Of a stretch of DNA of 64,000 nt, positions 1 through 9,588 are shown one piece after another (the stretch's first letter is position 1; each line of letters opens with the position of its first letter). The position numbers were made by a program, and so were the translations under genes. The notes under the pieces were generated by a model. It was not told the DNA's origin. It searched no databases and saw nothing but the letters and a program-made list of their open reading frames with translations. Origin of the DNA: an uncultured Gammaproteobacteria bacterium (GTDB lineage: Bacteria > Patescibacteriota > Patescibacteriia > UBA11705 > JABHMO01); the NCBI GenBank assembly GCA_964486065.1, contig CAZAKN010000005.1, forward strand, positions 60 through 64,059, in the 5' to 3' direction.

Positions 1-104
1 AATCAGCTAACAGCATATTTAATGAATTACGGCTTTTTATTATTTTTCTATAAAAATGACTTTTAAAAAGTCATTTTTATTTTCATGATTTTCAAGTTGA
101 TTTT

Positions 105-133
105 TTGAATAAATAGTTAAATTTTTGTATAAT
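105..133 (+). promoter_or_regulatory. Candidate sigma70-type promoter (TTGAAT-17nt-TATAAT) upstream of the large surface-protein gene
   Basis: TTGAAT at 105-110, 17-nt spacer, perfect TATAAT at 128-133, 30 nt before the ATG at 165. Read directly from the sequence. Confidence 0.4.
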
Positions 134-164
134 ATTAACAAATTATCCACATCTGGCTTTAATT

Positions 165-3100
165 ATGAAAAGCAATACTTTACTTAAATTATTTTTTATT
201 ACTTTTACGGCTTTTTTAATCGCTCCGTCTGTTTTGGCTCTTACCTGGACAACGGATTCACAAACCGACTTTAATCTGGGCAATTATCAGAATACCGCTT
301 TTTACTCTGATTCGGTTTCTCTGAAGCAATGGTCGGATACGGAAAAAGAATTACCTCACAATGAAACAACCGATGTCTGGGGAATTGACATGAGTGACAA
401 TATATTATTGATGCATATGAACGAAGCGTCCGGCACTATCTCTGATTTTTCCGGCAATGGCAATAACGGTTCATACAGCGGTTCACTGTATTCTCAAAAC
501 GGAGCTTTGAATTCTTCGCTTGGATTCAATGGCAATAATACCGGCGTAGCTTTGGGAGATTTTCAGGATTTTGATGATATCGGAACGGGAAATTTCGCCA
601 TTTGCGCCTGGGTGAAGATTCCTAACAGTGTCAGCACCGTACCCATGCGTATCGCGGAACAATACAACGGCAATCCGCCATTTAACGGTTTAACTTTTCA
701 TTATCGCCCTTCCGATAACCGACTCTTGGCTTGGACACAAAATTCCGTAGCCTGCCGAATTGAAACCACGGACTATAATCTGGATGATGATGAATGGCAT
801 CATGTTTGCTTCGGCAGAAAAAGCTCTTCCGAATTAACTCTCTACATAGATGGGGATGTAGCGCTTCATCAAACTGGCAAAACAGCCGGAGATTTGAATT
901 CCAACCATCACAATTTCGCGATCGGTTACTCTCCTCAATTCGGACAATACCTGGATGGCAATATTGATGAATTTGCCGTTTGGGCGAGAAGTGTGACTGA
1001 TCAAGAAATCTCGGATATTTATCAAAGGCAGACAAAAAAATATGGTGGCGCGAACGCGGGTGAATATTTATCTGGAATTTTCAATTCCGGAAAAAACTCA
1101 AACTGGGCGACAATTTCATGGATTACTGAAATTCCCTACGGGCAAGATTTGCCCGACAATCAAACTGCGGAAAGCGGAGCTTTTACCGAAGGTATGGATA
1201 TGACAGGCAACATCGGCTTATGGCATTTAAATGAAACTTCCGGCGCAATTGTTGATTCTTCCGGAAACAGCAATAACGGAACCGTAAACGGTGGAATCAG
1301 CTATAATCAAACCGGTAAATTCGGTACGGCCTTGGATTTCAACGGTTCCAACGGATTTATACATATCCCGCATGACAACTCGCTTAATCCGACGGATAAA
1401 ATAACCTTGTTGGCTTGGCTTAAATGGGATATAGATCCGTCGCTGGGTAACAGCTATGCTTCAATTATCAATAAATTCGCAGACAACCATTATCGCTTGC
1501 AGCATAATAATGCTAATGAAAATTTTGAGTTCGCCATAAGAACAACGCCAAACGGAGATCGGTGGGTGGACAGTACAACCATACCTCAAAAAGACAAATG
1601 GTACTTGTTGGTTGGTACTTACGACGGAGCGGATTTGAAAATCTATGTAAACGGAAACTTGGAAAATACTGCCTCGCATGGAGGTGATTTGGTAACTTCA
1701 ATCAGTGATTTGAATATTGGCAGAAGAACCGCCAATGATCGCTTTTTTAACGGTATAATTGATGAAGTGGCAATTTTTGATCGCGCGCTTTCCGAATCGG
1801 AAATTGAAAATATTTATTTAAGAGGCGTGGCGAATATCAATTTAAGCGTGCGCTCTTGCGATGACAGCTCTTGCTCCGGAGAAAGTTGGACCAATCTTGG
1901 TAACAATTTATCTTCACCTCAAAGTTTATCCGTGAGCGATAATCAATTCATGCAATACAAATTCGGATTTGATACGGATGATTATGATTTTACCGCTAAA
2001 TTGAATTCCACTTCCGTTCAATACAACGCGCCACCCGATACTCCCGTTCACAGTTCACCGCTTGACGCTTCAAGTGATAATATTTTAAATCCCATTTTAA
2101 CAAGTTCTACATACTCGGATCCTGAAACCGATACTCATATTGATACCGAATGGCAAGTGGATGATGACGCTGACTTTTCTTCCCCTTGCTGGGAACGAGT
2201 AAGTTCGGGCGCGGAAACTCAGACTACGATTAACGCGACCAACGGAACTTTCGGCAATGAATCGGTCGGCAAAACAAAATTGGAATATGAAACCGATTAT
2301 TATTGGCAAGTGCGCTACAAAGATAACGGTTCAAACAATTGGTCGAATTGGTCAACAAAAACATACTTCACCACCATCCCCGAATTTTATATTATTTCAT
2401 ATGATGCCAACGGAGCCGACAGCGGAACCGTACCGGCAAATCAAAACAAATCATATAATGTTAATATAAACATAAGAAGCAATACCGGCTCCCTTACCAA
2501 AGCCGATTCCGCTTTTAACGGTTGGAACACCGCGACCGACGGATCGGGTACTCATTATGCGGAAAACGCTATTTTCACCGTAAACGCGGACACTGTCCTG
2601 TATGCGGAATGGACAAGTGGCACCTGCCCCACAGTTGATCACGCCTTAACCTACAACTCCTATCCGACCTGTGGCGCGACTTCTTGCGCACTCGGGTATT
2701 ATTTAAGTAATGGACAATGCTATTTTGCCGGTGGTAAATCTTCTTCAAGGAAAACTTCTTCCGGTAAAGGTCATGATACATATTTTATTGAAAAATTCGG
2801 CCACCGAACTATCAATGATATCAATCAAGGCGGAATAAATATTTTGGCTTTTCCTTTTTCATCATTTGATTTCTCTTACACTTTTCCATATCACACAAAC
2901 AAACTGAACGGTGAAATAATGATTGAAGATTTGGATTATCAAAACGGAAAAGTGAAATTTAAAATCAAACCTCAAAATGAATCTTTTGAATTGAATGAAA
3001 AAGGTTTGCTTTTTGTTGACCTTGATCAAGATGGAAAATCTGATTTTGCTCTGTTTTTCAACGCCTTGGACAGCGGTATGGCTGATTTGACATTATTGCC

Positions 3101-3593
3101 CTTGAATCAATCATTGCAAAAAGAAACAATTGATAATGAAAAAGACCGGTTGCCGAGCAACGAAAGTCTGCTCAAAGAACCAAACGACCCTACGGTATTT
3201 TTAATTGAGAATAATGGTAAAAGGCCTTTTTGTAATGAACAAGCCTTTTTATCACGCGGTTATAAATGGGAAAACATTATCATTCGCTCGGATCTCACGG
3301 CTTACCCCGAAGGCGAAAGCATTTGTTATGATGAAAAAATCTCAGTTCCATTACTGACTCATTATTTATTCATGGGCATGAACGATGAACAAGTAAAATA
3401 TTTACAAGAATATTTAAATCGTAACGGCTATCTTTTGGCGGAATCCGGACCGGGATCTCCGGGACAAGAAACCTTTTATTTCGGAGCACTGACCCGCGAC
3501 GCCTTAATCAACTTTCAATCAGATAATCATATTACTCCGGCTATCGGACATCTCGGCCCGATTACCAGACATAAGATCAACAGCGTGCGTTAA
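165..3593 (+). CDS. Large secreted cell-surface protein with LamG/concanavalin-A-like lectin repeats, a Listeria-Bacteroides (Flg_new) repeat and a C-terminal peptidoglycan-binding (PG_binding_1-like) domain
   Basis: N-terminal signal peptide MKSNTLLKLFFITFTAFLIAPSVLALTW. Repeated LamG-type motifs (LLMHMNEASGTISDFSGNGNNGS, GLWHLNETSGAIVDSSGNSNNGT, DEFAVWARSVTDQEI, DEVAIFDRALSESEIENIY). Flg_new-like segment YDANGADSGTVPANQ...FNGWNTATDGSG. C-terminal PG-binding-like YLQEYLNRNGYLL...FGALTRDALINFQ. Confidence 0.6.
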   Translation: MKSNTLLKLFFITFTAFLIAPSVLALTWTTDSQTDFNLGNYQNTAFYSDSVSLKQWSDTEKELPHNETTDVWGIDMSDNILLMHMNEASGTISDFSGNGNNGSYSGSLYSQNGALNSSLGFNGNNTGVALGDFQDFDDIGTGNFAICAWVKIPNSVSTVPMRIAEQYNGNPPFNGLTFHYRPSDNRLLAWTQNSVACRIETTDYNLDDDEWHHVCFGRKSSSELTLYIDGDVALHQTGKTAGDLNSNHHNFAIGYSPQFGQYLDGNIDEFAVWARSVTDQEISDIYQRQTKKYGGANAGEYLSGIFNSGKNSNWATISWITEIPYGQDLPDNQTAESGAFTEGMDMTGNIGLWHLNETSGAIVDSSGNSNNGTVNGGISYNQTGKFGTALDFNGSNGFIHIPHDNSLNPTDKITLLAWLKWDIDPSLGNSYASIINKFADNHYRLQHNNANENFEFAIRTTPNGDRWVDSTTIPQKDKWYLLVGTYDGADLKIYVNGNLENTASHGGDLVTSISDLNIGRRTANDRFFNGIIDEVAIFDRALSESEIENIYLRGVANINLSVRSCDDSSCSGESWTNLGNNLSSPQSLSVSDNQFMQYKFGFDTDDYDFTAKLNSTSVQYNAPPDTPVHSSPLDASSDNILNPILTSSTYSDPETDTHIDTEWQVDDDADFSSPCWERVSSGAETQTTINATNGTFGNESVGKTKLEYETDYYWQVRYKDNGSNNWSNWSTKTYFTTIPEFYIISYDANGADSGTVPANQNKSYNVNINIRSNTGSLTKADSAFNGWNTATDGSGTHYAENAIFTVNADTVLYAEWTSGTCPTVDHALTYNSYPTCGATSCALGYYLSNGQCYFAGGKSSSRKTSSGKGHDTYFIEKFGHRTINDINQGGINILAFPFSSFDFSYTFPYHTNKLNGEIMIEDLDYQNGKVKFKIKPQNESFELNEKGLLFVDLDQDGKSDFALFFNALDSGMADLTLLPLNQSLQKETIDNEKDRLPSNESLLKEPNDPTVFLIENNGKRPFCNEQAFLSRGYKWENIIIRSDLTAYPEGESICYDEKISVPLLTHYLFMGMNDEQVKYLQEYLNRNGYLLAESGPGSPGQETFYFGALTRDALINFQSDNHITPAIGHLGPITRHKINSVR

Positions 3594-3637
3594 TAACAAA
3601 GAGTCGCTTCATATAATCATATTTTTAACCATTTTAT

Positions 3638-3675
3638 AAAGCCCTTTACGGATTGACCGTAAAGGGCTTTTTTAA
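3638..3675 (+). terminator. Rho-independent terminator hairpin (aaagccctttacgg / ccgtaaagggcttt + T-run)
   Basis: Perfect 14-bp inverted repeat followed by TTTTTT, immediately after the 165-3593 CDS. Confidence 0.6.
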
Positions 3676-3742
3676 AAATTAATTTCTTTTATCCAAATTG
3701 GGAATGATTTGCTATAATTAACAATAATATTATTATAAACTT

Positions 3743-4498
3743 ATGCAAATCAACAAATCCATAAAAATTATTTTACCGCTTATCGCGCTGACAATTTTGG
3801 TCGCTTTTTTCTTGAAATTTTTCTATCAAAAGAATCAGTCCGAACAAATTTTTGAAGCTCCACGAAAAGAAAAACCAGTCATTGAAGGCGAACAATTTAA
3901 AAACCGTTATTTGGAGGAAGCTATCACAGAGTATCTTCTCAGCGAAAAAAATTTCAGCTGGAAAACTAAAGAGGGAAGTCATAATCTTTGTGTAGTTGAA
4001 AATCTTGATCCGGAAAAAGAATTGTTTCCTTTATTTCTTTGGTCATATTGCGCGGAATATATCATGGAAAATCAAGAACTGAAAACAATCAGTGGTTCAT
4101 CAATCCCGATAAAACTTAATTATCCCAATGAATTATCATATTATGATATTAATAAATTTTCTCATGAAACGCCACGCGATGGAGCTGCTTATGCGGAAGA
4201 TGTTAAAACAATTTTTCCCGAAGATGTCCAAGAAAAAATATTTCAACACGATATTCGTCCTCTGATTGATAAAGCGGAAACTTACGCACTAACCAATATC
4301 ACCGATTGGAATTCCATCAAACAAGCGCTGACCGATTGCCAAGTAAAATTAATTATGCAAACACACAGCTTACATGTAACAGCTACATTAAAAAACGGAA
4401 CTACCATAAAAGCCAAGGAGCCGGCAATTGATGATATTTTTGAGCTTGTTAAAACACATGAAAAAAAATGCGGTAAAATTGAACTTGCCACTGAATAG
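3743..4498 (+). CDS. Hypothetical N-terminally membrane-anchored protein
   Basis: Long ORF with an N-terminal hydrophobic helix (IILPLIALTILVAFFLKFF). No recognisable domain. Confidence 0.35.
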   Translation: MQINKSIKIILPLIALTILVAFFLKFFYQKNQSEQIFEAPRKEKPVIEGEQFKNRYLEEAITEYLLSEKNFSWKTKEGSHNLCVVENLDPEKELFPLFLWSYCAEYIMENQELKTISGSSIPIKLNYPNELSYYDINKFSHETPRDGAAYAEDVKTIFPEDVQEKIFQHDIRPLIDKAETYALTNITDWNSIKQALTDCQVKLIMQTHSLHVTATLKNGTTIKAKEPAIDDIFELVKTHEKKCGKIELATE

Positions 4499-4537
4499 CA
4501 CACTTATAGAAATTAACAAAAAACCAATCAGCATCTT

Positions 4538-5290
4538 ATGCCCACAAGAAACATCCTATTTTATCCAAGTTTACCATGGAAATTCAGTACTATCTCCAAA
4601 ATTTTGAAAACACTTAATATTAAAATCACAAATAATCATCAACATGATTATCTGCTAGGCATACATTGGCACGACCGAACTTATACTGATTTCAACTGGC
4701 CGGAAAAAACGGAAAAACTTATCTTGAACAAAAACTGCAATAATATTTCCAAAAAACATGTTGATTTAATTCATGAAAAAATCTTGGGCTATAACAGTGA
4801 AATCAATCCTCGCGTTTATGATCGGGAATATGTCCAAAAACTTGATCTTAACGGTTTTCACTTGGGCTTTATCAGAAAACGGAAATCTCGCGCTTGGCCA
4901 CTGTTCTTTTATCAAAAAATTCCCGACAATTCAGTCGGAAATACGGTTATTGAATATCGCGTTCCCGTATTCGGCGATACCGTTCCCTTTGTTTACAAAA
5001 AAACCAAATCAATCAAAAAAAGATTAAGTTACAAAAATTTAAAAGTTGAACTGGCGTCATTTGAGGAAACCTTTAACAGTCAAGAAAGAAACTGGATTAT
5101 CGCTTTTGCCGAAGCAATGGGACTTGATTATGGAGAATTGGATATCCTACGGGACCATCCCACCAAAAAAATTTATATCATAGACGCCAACAAAACTCCT
5201 TTAACTCAGCCGAATAATTTATCAAAAAAACTGAAAAATAAAGCGATAAGTATAATGGCGGACACTTTCAAAAATGTCTTTTTGTCATAA
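4538..5290 (+). CDS. Hypothetical protein
   Basis: 250-aa ORF with no recognisable family. Followed by a terminator. Confidence 0.35.
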   Translation: MPTRNILFYPSLPWKFSTISKILKTLNIKITNNHQHDYLLGIHWHDRTYTDFNWPEKTEKLILNKNCNNISKKHVDLIHEKILGYNSEINPRVYDREYVQKLDLNGFHLGFIRKRKSRAWPLFFYQKIPDNSVGNTVIEYRVPVFGDTVPFVYKKTKSIKKRLSYKNLKVELASFEETFNSQERNWIIAFAEAMGLDYGELDILRDHPTKKIYIIDANKTPLTQPNNLSKKLKNKAISIMADTFKNVFLS

Positions 5291-5306
5291 ATAATCAAAC
5301 AAAAAA

Positions 5307-5338
5307 CCCACTCGTTCGTACGGGTGGGTTTGTTTTTT
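5307..5338. terminator. Bidirectional rho-independent terminator (cccactcg...cgggtggg flanked by A-run and T-run)
   Basis: Hairpin between the convergent CDSs 4538-5290(+) and 5338-5697(-). Confidence 0.55.
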
Positions 5339-5697
5339 TATAATTTGATCCCCAGTCTCTTACAATGATACCTGAAACTTCTAAAGGATATCCCCAAAAG
5401 TTTGGCTGCCGAAGTTTTGTTTCCCTCGGTCCTTTTCAGTGCTTCTTGGAAATACATTATTTTTAACTCTTCTTGAGCTTTTTCAAAATTAAGTTTTTCG
5501 CCAAGATTATTTCCAAATGAAATTGAACTTGCCCGGTAAAAGATCATCACCGTGCAAAAAACCCTTGAATTATCAGCAACACTTGCCACTTCACGATTGA
5601 TGATTTCCTTGTCGTCATTTTTCTCCAACCAATCGTTGACCGTTTTCTCAATCTCGCTAACCGACGCGCAGAAAAACTTAACTTTCTCCATGATCAC
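5338..5697 (-). CDS. Small DNA-binding protein with C-terminal Fis-type HTH (HTH_8)
   Basis: The C-terminus QEALKRTEGNKTSAAKLLGISFRSFRYHCKRLGI matches the Fis/NtrC-family helix-turn-helix pattern. Confidence 0.45.
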   Translation of the reverse strand: MIMEKVKFFCASVSEIEKTVNDWLEKNDDKEIINREVASVADNSRVFCTVMIFYRASSISFGNNLGEKLNFEKAQEELKIMYFQEALKRTEGNKTSAAKLLGISFRSFRYHCKRLGIKL

Positions 5698-5840
5698 TTC
5701 CTCCTAATTTAAATAAAGTGCTATTTACGGTCTATAATATTAACAAAAATAACATTTCATGTCAATTCTTTTCTTTTAAAATTATTAAAAAACTTGTAAC
5801 TTTGGTATAATTTAGGTAATAAAAAATAGATACTATTATT

Positions 5841-6215
5841 ATGAAAAAAGATATTTTAGCAGTTCTCTTGGCGGGTGCGTGGATCTCTTTATCCGAATTC
5901 CTAAGAAATGAATTGCTTTTCAAAGATTATTGGATAAATCATTACAACGCACTGGGGTTAAAATTTGAAACTTTGCCGATCAACGGACTTTTCTGGACGC
6001 TGTGGAGTTTTATTTTGGCTTATGTGGTTTACAAGCTCCTGCAAAAATTTTCCATCGGTCAAACCGTGTGGCTGACTTGGCTGGGAGCGTTTGTTCTGAT
6101 GTGGATAGCGGCTTATAATCTGCAAGTTTTTTCTTGGGGATTTTTAATTTTTGATATACCTTTAAGCTTGCTGGAACTATACCTCGCAACTTTAATCATT
6201 AAAAAATTTACATAA
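5841..6215 (+). CDS. Small integral membrane protein (hypothetical)
   Basis: 124 aa with about four predicted TM helices. Confidence 0.35.
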   Translation: MKKDILAVLLAGAWISLSEFLRNELLFKDYWINHYNALGLKFETLPINGLFWTLWSFILAYVVYKLLQKFSIGQTVWLTWLGAFVLMWIAAYNLQVFSWGFLIFDIPLSLLELYLATLIIKKFT

Positions 6216-6222
6216 TAATTTT

Positions 6223-6975
6223 ATGAAAAAATTTATTAGTCTATCCTTGGCCATTATTTTCTTACTGGCCGGTTGTTCTTTCGGAGGCTCGGAAAAAACG
6301 ATCAGCGTGTCTTTGGACAAACAAATTTATCAAGTAAATCCGGCCAATCCCAGCGCGTTCATGGAAGTTCAAGTGGAAAACAACAGCGGAAAAGAAATTT
6401 TCTATCACAGCCCGCGTCAAAAAAAATCCATTATTGCTCACCAAAAAAATGAGCAAGGTAAATGGATTGCCAAACCGGAATTGTTCACGGTTGATTTATT
6501 TTTAACCGGAGGAGACGCGAAAGTTTACACCATGAAAAACAATGAAACTAAAACTTTTAAAAAAAATTTAAGTGTAAGTGGTGAATTTAAATTGGAATTC
6601 ATTTATTACACAAGTGAAAAAGATTGCGCGAAGGAAAAAAATCAAAACAGTGTTTTCAGTCAACCGTTTATAATCGGTAACAGCGCTGATTTTGATAAGC
6701 AAACAATCATTGATACTTGCCACAGCAATTACTCAGCGACCAACCGGCGCGCCGAATGTTTATATATTGCAGCCAAGGATATTGCCATTACCGATCTACC
6801 CATTTCTCTGGATTTATGTAAGGAAATTGACAAAATGGAGCACAACTTTGATGGTTGCTACCAAGGCGTGGCTCTTGTTCTGAGTAATGCCGGATCACCT
6901 GAATTGGGTGAAAAAGTTTGTGAAAACTATCAAAATAAAGATCTTTATTCGGAGTGTCTCAATAAATTAAAATAA
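6223..6975 (+). CDS. Lipoprotein (hypothetical, Cys-rich C-terminal region)
   Basis: Signal peptide with lipobox LLAGCS. Confidence 0.45.
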   Translation: MKKFISLSLAIIFLLAGCSFGGSEKTISVSLDKQIYQVNPANPSAFMEVQVENNSGKEIFYHSPRQKKSIIAHQKNEQGKWIAKPELFTVDLFLTGGDAKVYTMKNNETKTFKKNLSVSGEFKLEFIYYTSEKDCAKEKNQNSVFSQPFIIGNSADFDKQTIIDTCHSNYSATNRRAECLYIAAKDIAITDLPISLDLCKEIDKMEHNFDGCYQGVALVLSNAGSPELGEKVCENYQNKDLYSECLNKLK

Positions 6976-6976
6976 T

Positions 6977-7411
6977 ATGCGCTTCAAAAAATTGCTCCAC
7001 GGAATTATCTGGGCGATCAGCATTTTGGTTCCTATGGCGTGCCTGATTTACTGTTTGGTTTTTTCCACTGCGTGGGGCTTTGCCCTATTTTTCCGACCAT
7101 TAAACCAAGTGGTAAATGAATCAAATAAACAATCCGTCTCACAAGAGAATTGGGGTAATTTTGATTATGAAACCTACACCAAACAAGCCTTCGCGCGAAA
7201 ATATTTTGAAGAAGATTATGTTTCCGACGCGCGATTGAAAGAGAAACTTAATGAACTCTATCCGGCTGATTCCAGCAACGACGGCTTAATTGTCTATCTT
7301 CATCATTATCTTTGCCCGGAAAATAACGGCGATATATTAATAAAAACATTCGGCATCAATAAATACACGGACTTTGTTTATGTAACCGATAAATTATCCC
7401 ATGAAAAATAA
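6977..7411 (+). CDS. Hypothetical membrane-anchored protein
   Basis: N-terminal TM helix. Translationally coupled to neighbouring genes. Confidence 0.35.
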   Translation: MRFKKLLHGIIWAISILVPMACLIYCLVFSTAWGFALFFRPLNQVVNESNKQSVSQENWGNFDYETYTKQAFARKYFEEDYVSDARLKEKLNELYPADSSNDGLIVYLHHYLCPENNGDILIKTFGINKYTDFVYVTDKLSHEK

Positions 7412-7958
7412 GCGGAAATTCAAATTGAAGCATTTTATCGCTTGGCTGATCATCATCGGCGTAATTTTTGTTTTATACCGCTTGAAACCGGAATTTTTCA
7501 GTTTAATCGTAATTGAAGGGCTATTCAATGATTACAAAATTATCATGGTGCTGATATACTTATTTATTTTATCAATCCTTGGTTTATTTTTTATTCCCTC
7601 AACTCCTTTTGCCATCGCCGGAGTATTTATTTTTTCACCCGCGGAAGCTTATATTTTTAATTTAATCGGTATTGTTACTTCTTCCACCATTGTTTATTAT
7701 TTCGCCAAATATTTGGGATTGGATCAGGCTATGAAAGAAAAATATCCCAAACAAATCAAGAAAACCAAAAAGACTTTACAACATAAAGAATTACCGATTA
7801 TCGCATCTTGGAGCTTTTTCCCGATTGTGCCTACCGATCTCATGATATATGTGGCGTCCACTTTAAATATTTCTTATAGAAAATGCTTGCTCGGAGTTCT
7901 GCTGGGAGAAGGGTTGCTAAACGCGTTTTACATTTTTTCAACTTTGGGTTTGACTTAA
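7401..7958 (+). CDS. DedA/TVP38 (VTT-domain) family membrane protein
   Basis: IPSTPFAIAGVFIFSPAEAYIFNLIGIVTSSTIVYYFAKYLG resembles the DedA/SNARE-associated VTT domain core. Confidence 0.5.
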   Translation: MKNKRKFKLKHFIAWLIIIGVIFVLYRLKPEFFSLIVIEGLFNDYKIIMVLIYLFILSILGLFFIPSTPFAIAGVFIFSPAEAYIFNLIGIVTSSTIVYYFAKYLGLDQAMKEKYPKQIKKTKKTLQHKELPIIASWSFFPIVPTDLMIYVASTLNISYRKCLLGVLLGEGLLNAFYIFSTLGLT

Positions 7959-7974
7959 AAATTGTTTCAATCAG

Positions 7975-8010
7975 AAAACTTCGCCGTAAAAGGCGAAGTT
8001 TTATTTTTTA
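7975..8010. terminator. Bidirectional terminator hairpin (aaaacttcgcc gtaaaa ggcgaagtttt)
   Basis: 11-bp perfect stem with flanking A/T runs between convergent genes. Confidence 0.55.
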
Positions 8011-8565
8011 AGTGATTTTTTTTCGCGGATGAAGCGCTTGTTTCAAGGCTTCAGTTAAAACCTCCAGTTCTTGCAGGTTTTCTTGTTTAACAACTTCCAA
8101 CGATTCAATTAACCCGAAAGGTTTAACGCCCGCTAACAAAAGCAAAAAAGGTTCCAACTGCAAAATTTCTTTGTCAGACAAACGATATTTCCAAGCACTG
8201 TTTATATCCGTAGTCTGCTGAAGGAAATCTTCGCCTTCTTTTTCATAGGCCATGACAAACTGCGTAATCCAACCCAATGGTTTTTGTTTGCGGATATTGC
8301 CAACCAGCCTTTGCAAAGCCCATTGGTCGTAGTTCATAAAAATCCGCTTAGATCTATCCCAGAGCACCAACCCGTCCTTGGGGGGTAAAATAATCGTATA
8401 TTTCCCATCAACCGTATGGCTTAATTCCAAACTTTTGAAATTAAGATGCCCCATGGTATCCGAAAGATTCAAATATTGATCGTCCGCCCAAGTTCGCCTA
8501 AACAGTGTGACGAAAGCTTTCAGTTGCTTACTCATGACACTTTGATTGCTCATGTTTTTCTCCAT
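8008..8565 (-). CDS. Hypothetical protein
   Basis: 185-aa ORF with no recognisable domain. Confidence 0.35.
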   Translation of the reverse strand: MEKNMSNQSVMSKQLKAFVTLFRRTWADDQYLNLSDTMGHLNFKSLELSHTVDGKYTIILPPKDGLVLWDRSKRIFMNYDQWALQRLVGNIRKQKPLGWITQFVMAYEKEGEDFLQQTTDINSAWKYRLSDKEILQLEPFLLLLAGVKPFGLIESLEVVKQENLQELEVLTEALKQALHPRKKIT

Positions 8566-8657
8566 GTTGAAAGGACTGCTTGCGATATAATGTTAATACA
8601 CCAATTCGGCAATGTCAAAACAAAAAAAGTCGGCTCTGAGCCGACATAATTTCATGT

Positions 8658-9122
8658 TTATATTTCTTCAAGATGATGCAAGCTTTGCGAAACAATTTTC
8701 GCCAAGTCATAAGCCATACGCACGATCTGTTGAAAAGCTCTGTTGCGGACGGAAAACATTTTTGCTTCATTTTTCGTTAAAAGCAACTTTCTGAAAAAGC
8801 TTTGATCTTCATAAGGAGAAGGATAACAATAACCGATTTGCGAATCCGCTAATATAGAGATGGATTTTAACGCGTTTTTGAACGAAAGCAAATGTTCATC
8901 ATTCAACCTGGCAACCTTGCTAATCAAATCCGCATACAATTCTACGGCGGTTTGTGTATCTTCATCGTTTCCAGGTTTCGGTCCCATGCAAATCACCAAA
9001 AAACTTTTGGTGATATTTTCAATAACACGAGAATTGTGATTATTTTTCATCGCCCTGACTGTTTCTTGAAAATAATGCATTAACGCTTTTTTACGGCTTT
9101 CCAAATGATCAATGGAAGACAT
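8658..9122 (-). CDS. Hypothetical protein
   Basis: 154-aa ORF with no recognisable domain. Confidence 0.35.
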   Translation of the reverse strand: MSSIDHLESRKKALMHYFQETVRAMKNNHNSRVIENITKSFLVICMGPKPGNDEDTQTAVELYADLISKVARLNDEHLLSFKNALKSISILADSQIGYCYPSPYEDQSFFRKLLLTKNEAKMFSVRNRAFQQIVRMAYDLAKIVSQSLHHLEEI

Positions 9123-9588
9123 CTTGCACCTCGCTTGTTATATAAAGAACAAACACTGATATATATTTATCATCTCCGCTAAAATAAGTCAATTAAAAAT
9201 GCCCCCCATCATTTTCGGGAGGCGTTAATACTCAACTTTTGAAAAACACACCCAGCTTCCGCAAAAACTTGATTAAAAGCCATGATCTGCCCCTTTGTTG
9301 AAATTAATTGATAAAAAGAACCGAATAAACAAGTTTAACTGCATAACATTGCGCTATCAAACAAAATAGCCTTTATCGCAATTTTTTAGGCTAATTATAG
9401 GTAAATATTTTTATAAAATAATTTATGAACAAGATTATTATCCACAAATATTGAAAAATCACTATATTTATCTAAATTTACAATATTGACATTTCACTAT
9501 ATATTTGATACGATATATATGTGAACGAAAAAGAGTGTTTCCCAAGCACTCTTTTTATCGTGTTCGCAAAATAGCATAAATTATTAGT

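Noticed and set aside
9437-9445. Perfect DnaA box TTATCCACA in the long 9123-9588 intergenic region (and another at 153-161), considered as a possible second origin or DnaA-regulated site
   Set aside because: These are single isolated boxes far from dnaA. In an AT-rich 64-kb window, one or two perfect 9-mers are expected by chance. There is no clustering or unwinding element, unlike the regions flanking dnaA.
9520-9575. Strong hairpin (aaaaagagtg...cactcttttt) upstream of the SpoIID-domain gene, considered as a riboswitch or ncRNA
   Set aside because: It is a simple symmetric stem flanked by A-run and T-run, typical of a bidirectional intrinsic terminator or attenuator. No conserved riboswitch consensus was recognised.
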